64,000 bases of DNA from Octopus vulgaris (GCA_951406725.2 OX597822.1:37510001-37574000), one strand, 5' to 3'. Counted from the stretch's first letter, positions 14,432 through 27,873 are shown. Translations and numbers: made by a program. The notes: generated by a model not told the origin, from the letters alone.

Positions 14432-14849
14432 GCTATTTCTCTCTCTCACTCACTCTCTCCCTTCCTCCCCTCTCTTTCTTACACATGTATGCATAACATG
14501 TACACACTTGTGTATATGCTCACTGATGATGATGATGCACTCACATGCATGCATGCACACCCATATCACATCCACCCCACTTAAGTATAACAAGCACACA
14601 CACACACACATACACACACATCCATGTATGTATACACACATATAATCGTATATGTATAATCTTAGCATATTCTTCTTCAATGACATAATTCTCACTCCAT
14701 GTTTACGACCATCTGGTTCCCATAATGTTGTATTAGGGTTGGGGGGTGGGGTGGAGTGTTGCCAGGGCTGAAATATACAGGGAGTGGTGGTGGGGGTTGA
14801 ACTATATATCTTGCAGGGGGTGGTGATGGTGTTTGCTTTATTAATTTTT

Positions 14850-14898
<49 letters not shown>

Positions 14899-14992
14899 TG
14901 GAGGGGTGCAGTGGGCTTTTTTTTTTGTTGGTGTACATAGTTGTGAGAATATGAAGTTCTTGCTACACACAAACACACACACACGCGCGCAT

Positions 14993-15033
<41 letters not shown>

Positions 15034-15109
15034 GTTCTTATGACTTATGGTGAAACTCTCTGCTTTTGGTATGATGACTAATTTATGGTCTTCATTCTTA
15101 GTCAAAAAG

Positions 15110-15510
15110 GGGTAATTGTGGTACTAGGGAAATATTCAGCATCTTACACAGTGATATCTGGTACACCTCAAAAATCTGTTCTTGGGTCCCTGTTGTTTTG
15201 TTTCATATATAAACAAAATAGATGCCAACTCAAAGCATATTACTGCATTAAAATATGCTGATGACATTAAGCTGTATCTTGAGATAAAAAAAAAAAGGAT
15301 CCAATACACTATAGATCTTTCCATTAATCTGACCTGAATACAATGCAGTAATGGATTATTGACTGACAACTCAATCTGGATGTGGACAGCTTGACTTGTC
15401 CGAATAGTGCATCACTAACCTTAAATATTACCTCTTTCCTCCACAGCACCATCCTCAAGAAACCTGGTGAATGTGACCAAGGCATTATTATCAACAAAAA
15501 ATCCATTTGA
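15110..15510 (+). mobile_element. Degraded non-LTR retrotransposon RT fragment (CR1/L2-like)
   Basis: Plus-strand translation gives SGTPQKSVLGSLLF (cf. SGVPQGSVLGPLLF) and KYADDIKLY, with frameshifts. Confidence 0.7.
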
Positions 15511-16819
15511 TTTACTTTATAACATTGTGTGTGTGTGTCTGTGTGTGTTGTAGTTAAAGGATGTTTTTATGATAAAATGCAAAATTATAGAAGCTTTGTA
15601 CAATAAGTGAACAAAAGATTCTTTACAGGTTTAGAGCCAGATGTTATTAATAACTTTTATTGACAGTGACTTCAAAGTTTCACCAGCAATTGTTGTCAGA
15701 CTAGTCTTGACAACACAAAAACTACCAGTAAACTTTTAAAATCATTGTCAGTAAAATCATATATGAGTGCACACATACACACACACACATAAGCGTGTGT
15801 GTGTGTGTCGTGTGTGTGTGTGCATGTATATACATGCATATATATATAGGGGCAACACATATATGTATATACTGTATTGTGTGTGTGTTGTACTTTTAAC
15901 ATCCCACCCATTTAAAAAATGGTTCTATAACCTGTTTTACTAGTTGCAGGGTGGGGTGGGGGTACTTGCTTTATAAGTAGGGTGAACAGTAATTTAGGAT
16001 TGAGGGATGGATGTGGGGGAGGATGTAAGAGGAAGGAACGGTTCTCTTTGACTTCCATCCCCTCCCTCTAGTTGTCACTTTGGTGTCTGTGCTGAGCGAG
16101 TGACTTATTTTAAAATCTCTTCCTAACTGTCCTCTGTCTATATCAAATGGGTGTATCTGCTCAGAAGTATGGATGAGTCACAAACTTTTTTGCCTCTACA
16201 AATGCTGAGCTGGTGTCTGCCACACACAGACACACTTAATGATCAGTATGGTGTCTGACTGTGTTCTATTGTCACACTTTCACTGACACACTGATCTAAC
16301 TTTAGCTGAGATATGAACAAAGCACACACACCCCACCTCCATTTGGAGGTGCACACCAATTCCTCCTCAGTTCCATGGCAAGTACTTTTCAATAAGTGCA
16401 GTGATCATGACTACTAACACTATCCACTAAACCTTGTAGAGAAGGCTACAGTAAACCCAACATCACTAGACCCACCTTTAGTAGCAGCCAAATCTCCCTC
16501 AAATCACATTTTTCATTATTGGGTAAAGTGGATTTGGATGTACTATTTCAGAATAAAAGATGTGATGGTCATAGTTAAAACACTTTTGATCATAGGTATA
16601 CTCAGCTGAGACTGATGAAGGGGCTAAACAACCAACACTTACACAAAAGAGGTCTCCTTGAGTTCACGAAACTGTTATTTGGAACTATTACACTACACTT
16701 ATTTTGAGTGTGTGTTGTGTATGTTTGTGAGTATATGAGTGTGGGATGGACACACACACATATATTGTTTTATCAGATTCAGCTCAAAGCTGTGGCCATG
16801 CTGGGGCACCACTGTTTTG

Positions 16820-17195
16820 CTACACTGTTATTATTGAGAGCCTACTCTGATATGTGGCATTTGGTGAATAAGTGAGTTTGATGTCACTCATTTGCACCTT
16901 CTGCCACAAGGTAGGTTCATCCGGGACTCTTGACAGGAAGAGATCCAGTTTTGACTTGAAAACACCTACATCCAGTTTGTGTAGGTCCCTCAGGCTCTTT
17001 GGGAGAATATTAAAAAACTGTGGGCCCCTAAAACCAAAGCTGTTGCAGTAATTGGTCCTGAAGCATGATGGCATTGCTAGGATCTTTGGCACTATTCAAT
17101 GGCAACCTGTTCTGGCATTTGTTAGCTTTCAATGCCAAAATTTGGCACAATACCTTCTAGGATCTTTCAGATGTATATTACTGCATATCTCTCCG
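16820..17195 (-). mobile_element. 3' end fragment of a CR1/L2-like LINE ORF2
   Basis: ORF 16820-17092 (-) reads SFGFRGPQFFNILPKSLRDL...FKSKLDLFLSRVPDEP, typical of the C-terminus of this LINE group. Confidence 0.7.
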
Positions 17196-17376
17196 ACCTA
17201 TATATATATATATATATATAATCTACTGATTAGTGATAGGTATTCTCTGTATAGAATACATTTACACACACATATATATATATGTAGTTGAAATTTATAG
17301 AAGAACAAGAGATGAAGACAGGTGCATGAACAACAAGCAAATGTATTAGTTTGATGCTCATGAAAATGAAAAAAAA

Positions 17377-17413
17377 CTTTTATGTTTCGAGCCTACGCTC
17401 TTCAACAGAAAGG
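17377..17413 (-). ncRNA. Minimal hammerhead-ribozyme-like motif inside a dispersed repeat (17285-17440)
   Basis: Minus strand reads CCUUU-CUGUUGA-A-GAGC(GUAG)GCUC-GAAA-CAUA-AAAG: stem I CUUU/AAAG, 4-bp stem II, GAAA core. Deviates from CUGANGA at position 6. Confidence 0.45.
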
Positions 17414-18098
17414 AATAAGAGAAAATAAACAGAGAGAGAATATATATACACACTCAGTTTCATGTTCCCATTCGTCAGATAGTTGTGATTCAGAATAATA
17501 ACTGTCCAACGAATGGGAACGTGAAACTCTGAGTAGTAATTAATATATATATATATATCATCATCATCGTTTAACGTCCGCTTTCCATGCTAGCATGGGT
17601 TGGACGGTTCAACTGGGGTCTGGCAAGCTCGAAGGCTGCACCAGGCCAGATATATATATGTGTGTGTGTATTCATATCTGTGTATATGTGTGTGTGTATT
17701 CATATCTGTGTATGTGTGTGTGTGTATTCATATCTGTGTATGTATATCACTTAGTGTTATAAGTGTGTCTGTATCATCTTTATTTGGTGTACATACCATC
17801 TTTGTATTATCTGTGTCTATTATATCATATTAAAGCTATAATAAACATCTCTTTCTACTCTATTTCCAATATTGAGTTCTGTATTGGCTAATGTTCACAC
17901 CATGTATAACTTTTACTGGTATATATTTTACAATGCTTACATTGTGATACATATACACACCCTCTGTATCAATATGTGCTTGTGTATATATTTCGTATGG
18001 TTGTTCCTCTGAGTAGTTCTACATACGTCTGTCACTCTGTTTATCATTGTATTGTTATGCACATGTGTGTGTGTATATATCTATGTATGCATCTGTAG

Positions 18099-18135
<37 letters not shown>

Positions 18136-19042
18136 GAGCTATCACTATAGAAAAATAGTAAAACAGCTGTCAACTGTTAATGGATTTGGTTCTTATGATT
18201 TGTCAATCTCTGGAGCTGTATGTTTTTATGTGTTGATTATATATGTATAGCAATGTGTGTATGTGTTCATTATAAGCAGAGTGACGTTTGTCCGGTGTGT
18301 ATGTATGTATGTATACATACACACATAGTTGTGTAGGTGTGTAGATTGTGTCTAACAATGCCAGGTATGTGTATGTATGTATGTGTGTCTCGTGATGTAT
18401 CTATGTGAGAGTGTATATATATATATATATACGTATATAAATATATCATAGTGTGATCTCTGGTTACACCAAATCATTTCTGTATGCATGTAAACACACA
18501 CACACACACATATACACAAACCAGTTGGTGTAAACAAACTCCCTTTGCTATTCATGTACATGTTCTCTCTCCCTCTCTCTTCACACAAACGCAGTACCTA
18601 CCCTTATCTCTCTCATCAATCATCATTTAGCTCTTGTTTTCCATTAATAATAAATCTAATCCTTTGTTTTTCCTCTATATGCCATCTTCTTGCTATTATC
18701 TCCCTTCCCCTTCCCCCTCCCTCTTCAATGTTGAATCACATATCTTCATCTTTTAACTTTTACTATAAATGTACATTGTTCTTATCTCCTTTCTCTCTTC
18801 CTCTCTCATTAATATCCTGCATTGCTTTCTTTCTTTTTCACACTAATTTCTTTCTTTTTTTTTGTTTGTTTACATATAAATCAAAAGACTCTTGTAATTG
18901 TTGTTGCTGTTGTTATTCTCCTTGCTAATTGTTTTAAATATACCGTTACTGTAGTTAGTATGGTAGGCTAAACTTACAGACAATTATGTACAATAACATG
19001 ATAGATAATACATATACATACATACATATATATATATATATA

Positions 19043-19179
19043 CTTTTTTGAATGGTGGATCTCAAAGGACATAGATAGATAGAAAAAAATCGGAGGCTGT
19101 TCATGGAATATTTCAACCCAATATTCACATTCTATTATTTATAGCTTTGTGTGCTTTGAGATCCACTGTTTCAAAAAAG
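19043..19179. mobile_element. Small MITE-like inverted-repeat element
   Basis: cttttttgaatggtggatctcaaag ... ctttgagatccactgtttcaaaaaag, about 25-bp imperfect TIRs next to a (TA)n tract. Confidence 0.6.
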
Positions 19180-20525
19180 AATTATTTTGCTTACTTGAAA
19201 GTTTATAAAATGATGACATCAACAATATATATATATGTAGTAATAATAATGATAATCATTATGGGTGCAACTTGAGGAAACATGTGTAGCGATGCATTAA
19301 AATATTTATAAATTCCATCTATGGATGATTATTATTATTATTATTATTATTAATATTAATATATTTATCCTACATTACATCAGTACAGCTCAGTGCAACC
19401 CTGCCAGTTGGTATCATTAAGCTGTAGCTGGCATAATGAAATAGGAGCTTTCATATACATATTCAAAAACGTTTCCCCGTAGAAGAACTGAAAAGATATA
19501 TACATGTGTGTGTGTGTGTCTGTGTATGTAAATAATAGGGAGTTCAGTTTATTGGAGAACTGCAATAAATGGTTCTTTTCATCAGTTTTGCTTATAAATA
19601 TTGCAGGTGTTCAATAGACTGAATACCTTACTCCTTTATTTGTAGTGCAAGTGGTTGAGTATTTCACAGGCAGATGAACCATTAAATCTTCAGGTAGAAT
19701 CAGTTCCACACAGTGTGTGACAAGACTGACCCTTTGAATTTTGAAGCACAATCCATCAAGTGGGCTTCCATACAATTTCTGTTTTCCCAGTTTCACCCAC
19801 AAGACTTGGGTCAACCCAAGACTGTGGTAACAGAAACCTTTCCAAAATGTTATATGCAGTACATTATGATTGTGAAATGAACTTACATGTAACATATATG
19901 TGATGGACTCTCTCGTTGAAGACAATGAGTGAGTGTTCAGCTTTTTGCTGAATGACTTGCAGAAATGATTTGTTTATCGTGATTGAATGTTTGTTGCAAA
20001 TTAGTTCACTCTCTCTTTCAAATTGACGTTGCCTGAACAGGTGCACTGTATGTACCATGTGTCAGGTGTTGAAGTAATTGCAGAGCAATGCGAGATGAAG
20101 TGTTTTGCTTAAGAATACAATGCACTGCCCAGTCTAGGAATTGAAATCGTGCTCATGAGTGCAACACCATAACTAGGCCATCATGCATCCTCACATGTAT
20201 GTGTAATATAACACAAAGTGGTGAGCTTGCAAAATTGTTTGCACGTTGGACAAAATGCCTAGTGGCATTCCTTTCAGTTTTTTACTTTCTGATTTCAAAT
20301 TCTGCTGTGACCAGCTTTGCCTTTCATAGCCCTTTGGGGGTCAGTAAAATAAACTACCAGATAAGTATTGGAGCCAATGTAATCAGCTTGTCCCTTCCTC
20401 ACAAAATTGTCTGTCTTGAACCTTGGAACAGACCAGTGTCCTGTTCAGTGAGAATGTTGTGATCTCCGTCTCTTCTATGCCTTAGAAACACCGTAACCAA
20501 CCTTACAAATTCTAGGGCTCAAAAA

Positions 20526-20593
<68 letters not shown>

Positions 20594-21012
20594 GGCGTAG
20601 GAGTGGCTGTGTGGTAAGTAGCTTGCTTACCAACCACATGGTTCCAGGTTCAGTCCCACTGTGTGGCACCTTGGATAAGTGTCTTCTACTATAGGCTTGG
20701 GCTGACCAAAGACTTGTGACTGGATTTGGTAGATGGAAACTGAAAGAAGCCTGTCGTATGTATGTATATATATATATATATGTGTGTGTGTATGTATATA
20801 TATGTGTGTATGTTTGTGTGTGTGTTTGTCCCCCCAACATCGCTTGACAACCAATGCTGGTGTGTTTACATCCCCGTAACTTAGCGGTTCAGCAAAAGAG
20901 ATTGATAGAATAAGTACTAGGCTTACCAAGAATAAGTCCTGGGGTCAATATGCTCGACTAAAGGCAGTGCTCCAGCATGGCCACAGTCAAATGACTGAAA
21001 CAAGTAAAAGAG
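20594..21012 (+). mobile_element. tRNA-derived SINE, family 1 (near-complete copy)
   Basis: A/B-box-like head (TGGCTGTGTGGT...GGTTCAGTCCC), internal (TA/TG)n, 3' end aaacaagtaaaaga. Near-identical copies at about 7189-7545 (+) and 38968-39374 (-), plus many older fragments. Confidence 0.85.
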
Positions 21013-23229
21013 AAAAGAGATATACATATGAAGGTGCATGGCTCAGTTGGTTAAGGTGTTGCACTCTTGATTGTGAGATTATGGGTTTGATTCCCAGACT
21101 GAGTGTTGAATTGTGCTCTGCAATCATTTCATCATCTGATATGTGGCACCCGTTGCACCTGTACAGGTAATATCGATTTGATGGAGGGAGTGAGCGTATG
21201 TGTACACAAACATTTGATCACTATAAACAAATAATCTGTGTGGTTGTACGATAAGAAATTGTCAAACCCTCTTATGTCATCTAACGACTGGAGAATCCAT
21301 CATATACATATGTATATATAACACACAAACATGCCACAAGGAGCAGCACTATTTAATTACTATATATGAAACCTAATATCGATGCTATCTATTTTATCTT
21401 TGATGTAGCATGTTTGTGCTAGTATGTGTTTTTCTTTTTTGTATACGGCGGAACTAAGCTTTTTTGTTGTTTCTTTGTGTATTTTAAAAATATTTGGTTT
21501 TTATTTGTTGCTCTCTATATATGCTAACAATATGCTTTGCTTTTTTTTTCGTTTTGTTTGTATGTGTTATATATCACTAAATATGACCATTGTAGCATCA
21601 CTTGGATAGAAACATGCTCAAAAGGTTTAAACATCAATCCCCTTCTCCAATTTAAAATGCTGTTGTTGGGTTATATTATGTTAATGTTATTATGTAAACA
21701 ATTATAATTACTACCAGTGTGGCTTATGCCAATACCATGTTTTATGTATCATTTCTATTATGATGTATAAATTTATAGATCTTTATAGCATGGTTCAATT
21801 CTTTTGATCATAGTTTAGGTTGTTTAAAGCATAACACTCAGGTACACGAATGAACAGGATAATGTTTATAGATTATTATTTACATTATGTGTTCAAATTC
21901 TGCTGAGGTCAACTTTATCTTTCTTCCTTCTGAGTGTAAGGTTTGATAAAGTAAGTACCAGTCAAATACTAAGGGTGATATAATTGATCCTAACCCAGAT
22001 AGAGGCCTTGTGTCTAACCCAGTATTATCATGAATGTATGGTAAAACTGTTTTATCAAACAAAATGTATTTAGGTATTTGTTCTGATTTCTTATGTTCTC
22101 AGTTCAAATCCCATTGAAGGCAGACATCAGGGATAGCTGTCAAAAATAAAGTGGAATGCTTGGTGGTGGAGTCAGAAAGATATTTAAAAAAATTAAATTT
22201 TGGATAATCCCCCACCCCACCTAAGAATAATAAAGTAATATGTGTCACAAACATGAATACTGAAAAATTACTGAAAGGTACAATGAAGTGGAGTGAAGAT
22301 ATTTGAGAAACGTGGATTTTTTTATGGGGTGGAGGGTGATTTATATATGGATTGTAAGTGTTTCAAGATGTGCAGTATTATAAAATGGTGAAATGAAAGA
22401 AGGAAAAAAAAAAAATCATTTTAATTGTGACAGTTATTCCGAAGGTCTGCCGTGTCAAGGTCGATTCAATTCATTCTGTTCTTTGACTAACATCACCAGC
22501 CCTAAGATACAAGCTTGTGGTTGTTTAGCAACCAAGTCAGCTCTGATCCAGTAGAAAAATGTTCAACCACGAACTGTTCATCTTTAGAACTCTATAAATG
22601 TATATTTTTTTATGTTAGACGTTCTAGTGTGACTCGAAGGAGATTTGGCTGCTTGCTATTTGTTTCCGTCTTCAACGAGCACGTCGATGTCTCCCGTGTC
22701 GCTGATCTGTCAGCTTAAATTAACAAACATACTCAAAGCGGTTTTGCTAAACATATCAAGGGGAATAACTCTGGTTTCATATTGAGTATCCCTCGTCCTT
22801 TCTGAGATAACTCGAAGAGCTCAACCACCCCACCTCCTGTCTCGTTTGTTTTCCCTTTCTTTATTTCTCCCTCCTTCCCCTAACTGTTTACTTATATTAT
22901 CCACATGTGATGCAACTCTGGTCATATTTGCTAGAATTTTCTGTGGAATCTTTACTTTTTTCCGCTTACTTTTACATAATTTATATACATTTGTCGTCAT
23001 CATCATCACCACAACTGCTACCATCGCCATCATTTTGATCATTGTCATCATCATCATCATCTTAACAATATAACATGGTTGTATGAACTTTAGCTTCTTC
23101 TTCACCTTTCCCCTAGTGATGAGGCTTGGCTCTTTTGCTGATGCCTCACAACCTTCCTAGGTATGTGTGTGTGTGTGCGCGCGCGGTGGGGGTTGTTACT
23201 GTTAGTTGTGAAGATGTGGATGTGGTGAA

Positions 23230-23540
23230 TCAAGGCTTGGATTAGACATCTATTTCCTCCTAAGTGTGGTGGATATCTGTAGCCTGGTCTAGATACCACA
23301 GTCTCTTAGCAGCAGATATGATGAGTGTCTATAGTGTGACCTAAACACTTTCTGCACCAGCAGTATTTGTTGTGGACGTCCATCATATGGCCCAGACCAC
23401 CCTTCTCTCTTTGCAGTGTGGTGATTGTCCACAGTATGGTCTAGACAACTTGCTGTCTTAGAAGTAGGTGTAGTAGGTGCCTATGATATGGTCTAGATAT
23501 TTCCCCCTTTTTAACAGTAAATATAGATGTGGTGGGTTCT
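23230..23540. repeat. Degenerate ~50-bp tandem repeat, six units
   Basis: ggtctaga(c/t)-like anchors at 23239, 23286, 23338, 23389, 23438 and 23490. Confidence 0.65.
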
Positions 23541-24418
23541 GGGTTCTCCCTTTTTGCAATTCCATCCTCATCATCATCATCATGTTGGCCTTTCCTGGTG
23601 ATGCAAAGCCTTCAGAAGTTTTTTCCCTTATTTCATTACACAGCTTGTAGCCCTCCACAGGATGGTCCTCAAAACACTGTTTACAAATCCCTCCAAAGAA
23701 GTCTCCATGTCTTACCTATTTTTTCAGCTTGCTGCCTCCTCACTCATTACTGACCACAGTGTTACTTCTGACAGTATGACTGGTTAAAGCCATAAGACTA
23801 TCATCTTCATTGCCATTGTCATCACCACCTTTATCATCATAAATAACTGTTAATCTTTTCTGTGCTTTTTGCTTGCTTTGTGCCAAGATTCTGCTCTTAA
23901 ATGTTGCTGTTTTCTTTATTTTCCTCTTCTGATAGCCATCAGTGTTCAGAGACTTTCTCCGCTGGGAGAGGTGGGTAAGTGGGTCCAAGTCTTCTCTTTG
24001 GCTAACCCAGCCCTGACTGACTGTCAGGAGACAAACAATCTTGAAATTGCAGGCATGGAGGAAATGGTGATAATGCTAAAGAAGAGGAGGAGAATGGTCA
24101 CTGTCGAGATGGACAATATACTCTAACATGTCGTATAATAGAGACAATCATTAAGTCTAATGCATCATAAAGTAGCAATGATTGTCAGTTCTAACCTGTC
24201 ACATAAGAATGGTTGGTAGCTATTAGTATTAGTCTAATGTACACACACGCACTATTGCACATCAGTGGCTCCCAACCAAGGACCTGTTTTATTTAAATGA
24301 GTTTTCCCATGGACCCCTTTTAATATCCTTGTGTGTATATATGTATGTATGTATATATATATATATATATATATGAAATTTTGACCACCAGGCGTCTATG
24401 TTCTACATGGTTCTCAGG

Positions 24419-24465
<47 letters not shown>

Positions 24466-25184
24466 CACATAGAGACACACACATGTGTGATAATTCTGTA
24501 TACAGTAGCAGCCATCAAGTGTAATTTTACACAATACACACACATTCATATCTATATATGTAGTGTTAGTTTACATGATTACCAGCAATGAGCATTTTTT
24601 TTATCTGGACCCCCCCCTCTCTCTCTCTTACACACAAACACACACACAGTAATGGCCATTAGGTTTAGTATAATAATGCCATCATATGTAATTCAATTCA
24701 GTGTACATTACACAGCTCTCGGGTCTGCTACAACACCATAAAAAGTTATATATCTACATACGACCCCCCCCCCCCCCCGGAGTGGGGGTCAAATTTTAAA
24801 CATTACCTCTGGGTTCTAATCGAAACAGTTAAGTACTTCTTGTCCTGAAGTGATCAGTCACAATAAGTGATGTAGATTTACAGTAGTTCTTTTACTACCT
24901 ATATACTCAGTCATGTCTGTCACAGTCTCTACTATATACTCTACAATTTCTCCATCACCTGAGTTTTTCTCTACTGCTAGTATTACTGCTGTTCTTTACT
25001 ACTACTAATACTACTACTATAGTTAATTCCTTGAAGCTAGTTTGTGGCTCTTGTTAATATATTTCATAGTTTCTATAGTTCTGCATGCTAGCATGTTAAC
25101 ATCTAAATAACTTTCTTTTGTTCTCAGCAATTTGGAATTATCTGGAGAGACTTTGAGTTATTGCTTTGGATTATTATTATTATT

Positions 25185-26415
25185 AAGGCCGCAAGCTGGC
25201 AGAATTGTTACTGCACCAGGAAAAATGCTTAGTGGCATTTTCCCCAACTTTGTTCTGTGTTCTTGTTTTGAAGTTGACTTTGCCTTTCATCCTTCCGAGG
25301 TCAATGAAATAAATACCAGTTATACACTGGGGTCGACAGGATTGACTTGGCCCCCTCCTCCAAAATTATTATTATTATAGCAGTGAGCTGGCAGATTCAG
25401 TAGCATGTTGGGCCTTGTGGCATTTCATGTGACTTCATGTTCTGAGTTCAAATTCTGCCAAGGTCGACTTTGCCTTTCATCCTTTCAGGGTTAATAAAAT
25501 AAGTACCAGTTAAACGCTAGGGTCAATTGTAATTGATTAATACCCTCCCAAAACTTGCTGGCATTGTGCCAAAATGTGAGACCATTATTAAGGTGAGTGA
25601 ACTAGCAAGACCGGTAGCACACCAGACAAAATTGCCAACTGGCATTAATAATTACCAGTCAAGTTACGAGAGTCAATGAAATTGATTTCCTCTTCCCTTT
25701 AAAAAAAACAAACAAAAGAAAATCCCTGCTGGCCCTGTGCTGAAATTTGAAACCATAATTAAGGGGGCGAGCTGGCAGGATTGTTAACATGCCGGGGGGG
25801 GGTGCTTAGTGATATTTTGTCTGTCTTTATGTTCTGAGTTCAAATGCCATGTAAGTTGACTTTGCCTGTCATCATTTTGCGAGCAATAAAATAAGCACCA
25901 GTTGAGTAAGGAGGTGGGGGGTCAATGTAAACAATTAGCTCCCTCACTCCAAATTTCATGCCTCGTGCCTGTAGTAGAAAGGATTTTTATTATTAAGGTG
26001 GCAAAATGGTAGAATTGCCTACTGGTATTTCCTCTGAGTTCAAATTCCACTGAGGTCAGCTTTGCATCTCATTCTTTTGAGGTTGATAAAATAAGTACCA
26101 GTTGAACACTGGGGTCAATGTAATTGACTAATCCCCACCCCTACCCCCAAAATTGATGGCATTGTGCCAAAATTTGAACACATTATTATTATTATTGTAG
26201 TGAGCTGGTAGAACCATTAGCACGCCAGACAAAATGCTTAGTGGCATTTCATCTATCTTTTGCATTCTGAGTTCAAATTCTGCCAAAGTTGACCCTGCTT
26301 TCATCCTTTTGGGGTCAATAGAATAGTACAAGTTAAGTACTGGGATCAATGGAATTGATGAGTTTCCTCCTCTAAAATTTCAGACCTTGTGCCTATAGTA
26401 GAAAGGATTATTATT
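25185..26415 (+). repeat. Head-to-tail array of six SINE family 2 copies
   Basis: About 170-230-bp units (aaggyggcgagctggcaga...ctgagttcaaattc...gactttgcctttcatcctt...aagtaccag...ccttgtgcc) separated by (ATT)n, starting near 25185, 25379, 25590, 25761, 25995 and 26197. Confidence 0.85.
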
Positions 26416-27873
26416 ATAATTATTATTTTTATACTAATATATCTTACCGTTGTTCATCCTGTAGTGATTTTGAGCTATTAACTTTGCTGTTTCTCACTAT
26501 AGTCTCCATTAACTCCTCAAACAAATAACGAACTATTCTGTTAATAAACTAACTTATACACTCACACACACACATCAAGCATCTTTATGTCTGTCAGGTT
26601 CTCAAATGTAAATTAAAATGTTTTTCCCTTTGTGTGTATGTGTGTGTTAATTTTTGTAAGGGTTCTTGTTTAGCCCCAGGTCAGCCCTGATTAAGCAGAC
26701 CTTTATATTCCATCTTTCTCTTATGTACAGAAAACCAAGGATTACAATATCCAATATGTCCTTTAGTGTGGTTTGGATTGAGGAAGATTTAGCCTCTATT
26801 TTCAGCATTGAGAGACTATGTAGAGGTTGCCACATTGGCTTGGTTTGTAAGGGGTGAGGAGTAAATAATGTAGTGTTGTGCGGAAGAGCTTATTTACTCC
26901 TTGGTTCTATGGCATTCCCAATGTTATGGTAGCTTATTCTCTTTGTGACAACCGGCTGAGCTAAGTAACATAGAATAAAGTGTTCTGCCCTGAAGCACAC
27001 TACAATTGAGATAAATCTCTCTGATATCTCCTGGATAAGACACCAGTCTATCTTTGTTAATATTTCCCACATGATATGGTGGTACCTATTCATACTGAAA
27101 CCTTGATGAACTGGGGCAGAATAGAATAATGTTCATTTCCAAAAACATTGAAACACTCAGCCAACAAAGGCATCAGTTCTAATAGAGGAATCCTTGTCAT
27201 GTGATATGCCAACAAGAGATAAGAGCCTCTGCATGGTTCCTCAAACTACTAGAAATAGCAGCCAAATTTCATATGCCCTTATATTGAAAAGAAAGAGAGA
27301 ACAACTTAGAATATGTAGTTCTAGATACTCAAAAACACAGGATGGTTGTAGCTAGATTGCCTTTGATGTTAATTTTGGCTGATCAGAGCTGAACTGGGCT
27401 AAACTATAGTAACCATGTGATATGTCTTCGTTGAGAAATTACAGCAGCTTCCTTATTGAACAACAGTAATGGAGTGGTTTGTACTAGATCTATCTAATAC
27501 AAATTTACTCTATAACTGTTGATGTATTTCTGTCTGTCTGTAGTCCTCAATTTGTGGGTGTGTCTGTAATCCTCCAAGGATGTGTATTTCTCTAAGTTAT
27601 ATAATTAATGACCACTGTAATTAACTCTTTGTACATAAAACTTCAAGGCCTATTCAACAAGTTGTTAGTGTTGCTGCTAATCATTAATAATTCTTGATTT
27701 TGTTATTATAGTTGATTTCATAACCTTTGTTATCATTGTTGTTTTTGTTGTTGCAATTTATCAGAGCAATTACTGACTATTCAGTATGTAGTTGTTGTTC
27801 TTGCTGCCATTCCCCAGTGAATCAGATGTCTTAAACATCTATAATAACCTATTGTTGTGTTTCTCCATTACAG

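Noticed and set aside
20594-20670. tRNA gene-like A/B boxes in several repeats
   Set aside because: These are SINE heads followed by SINE bodies; no complete cloverleaf was seen.
23119-23160. Coding first exon ending at donor 23160
   Set aside because: Nearby ATGs either hit a stop or end in phase 2, incompatible with the phase-0 exon at 27874.
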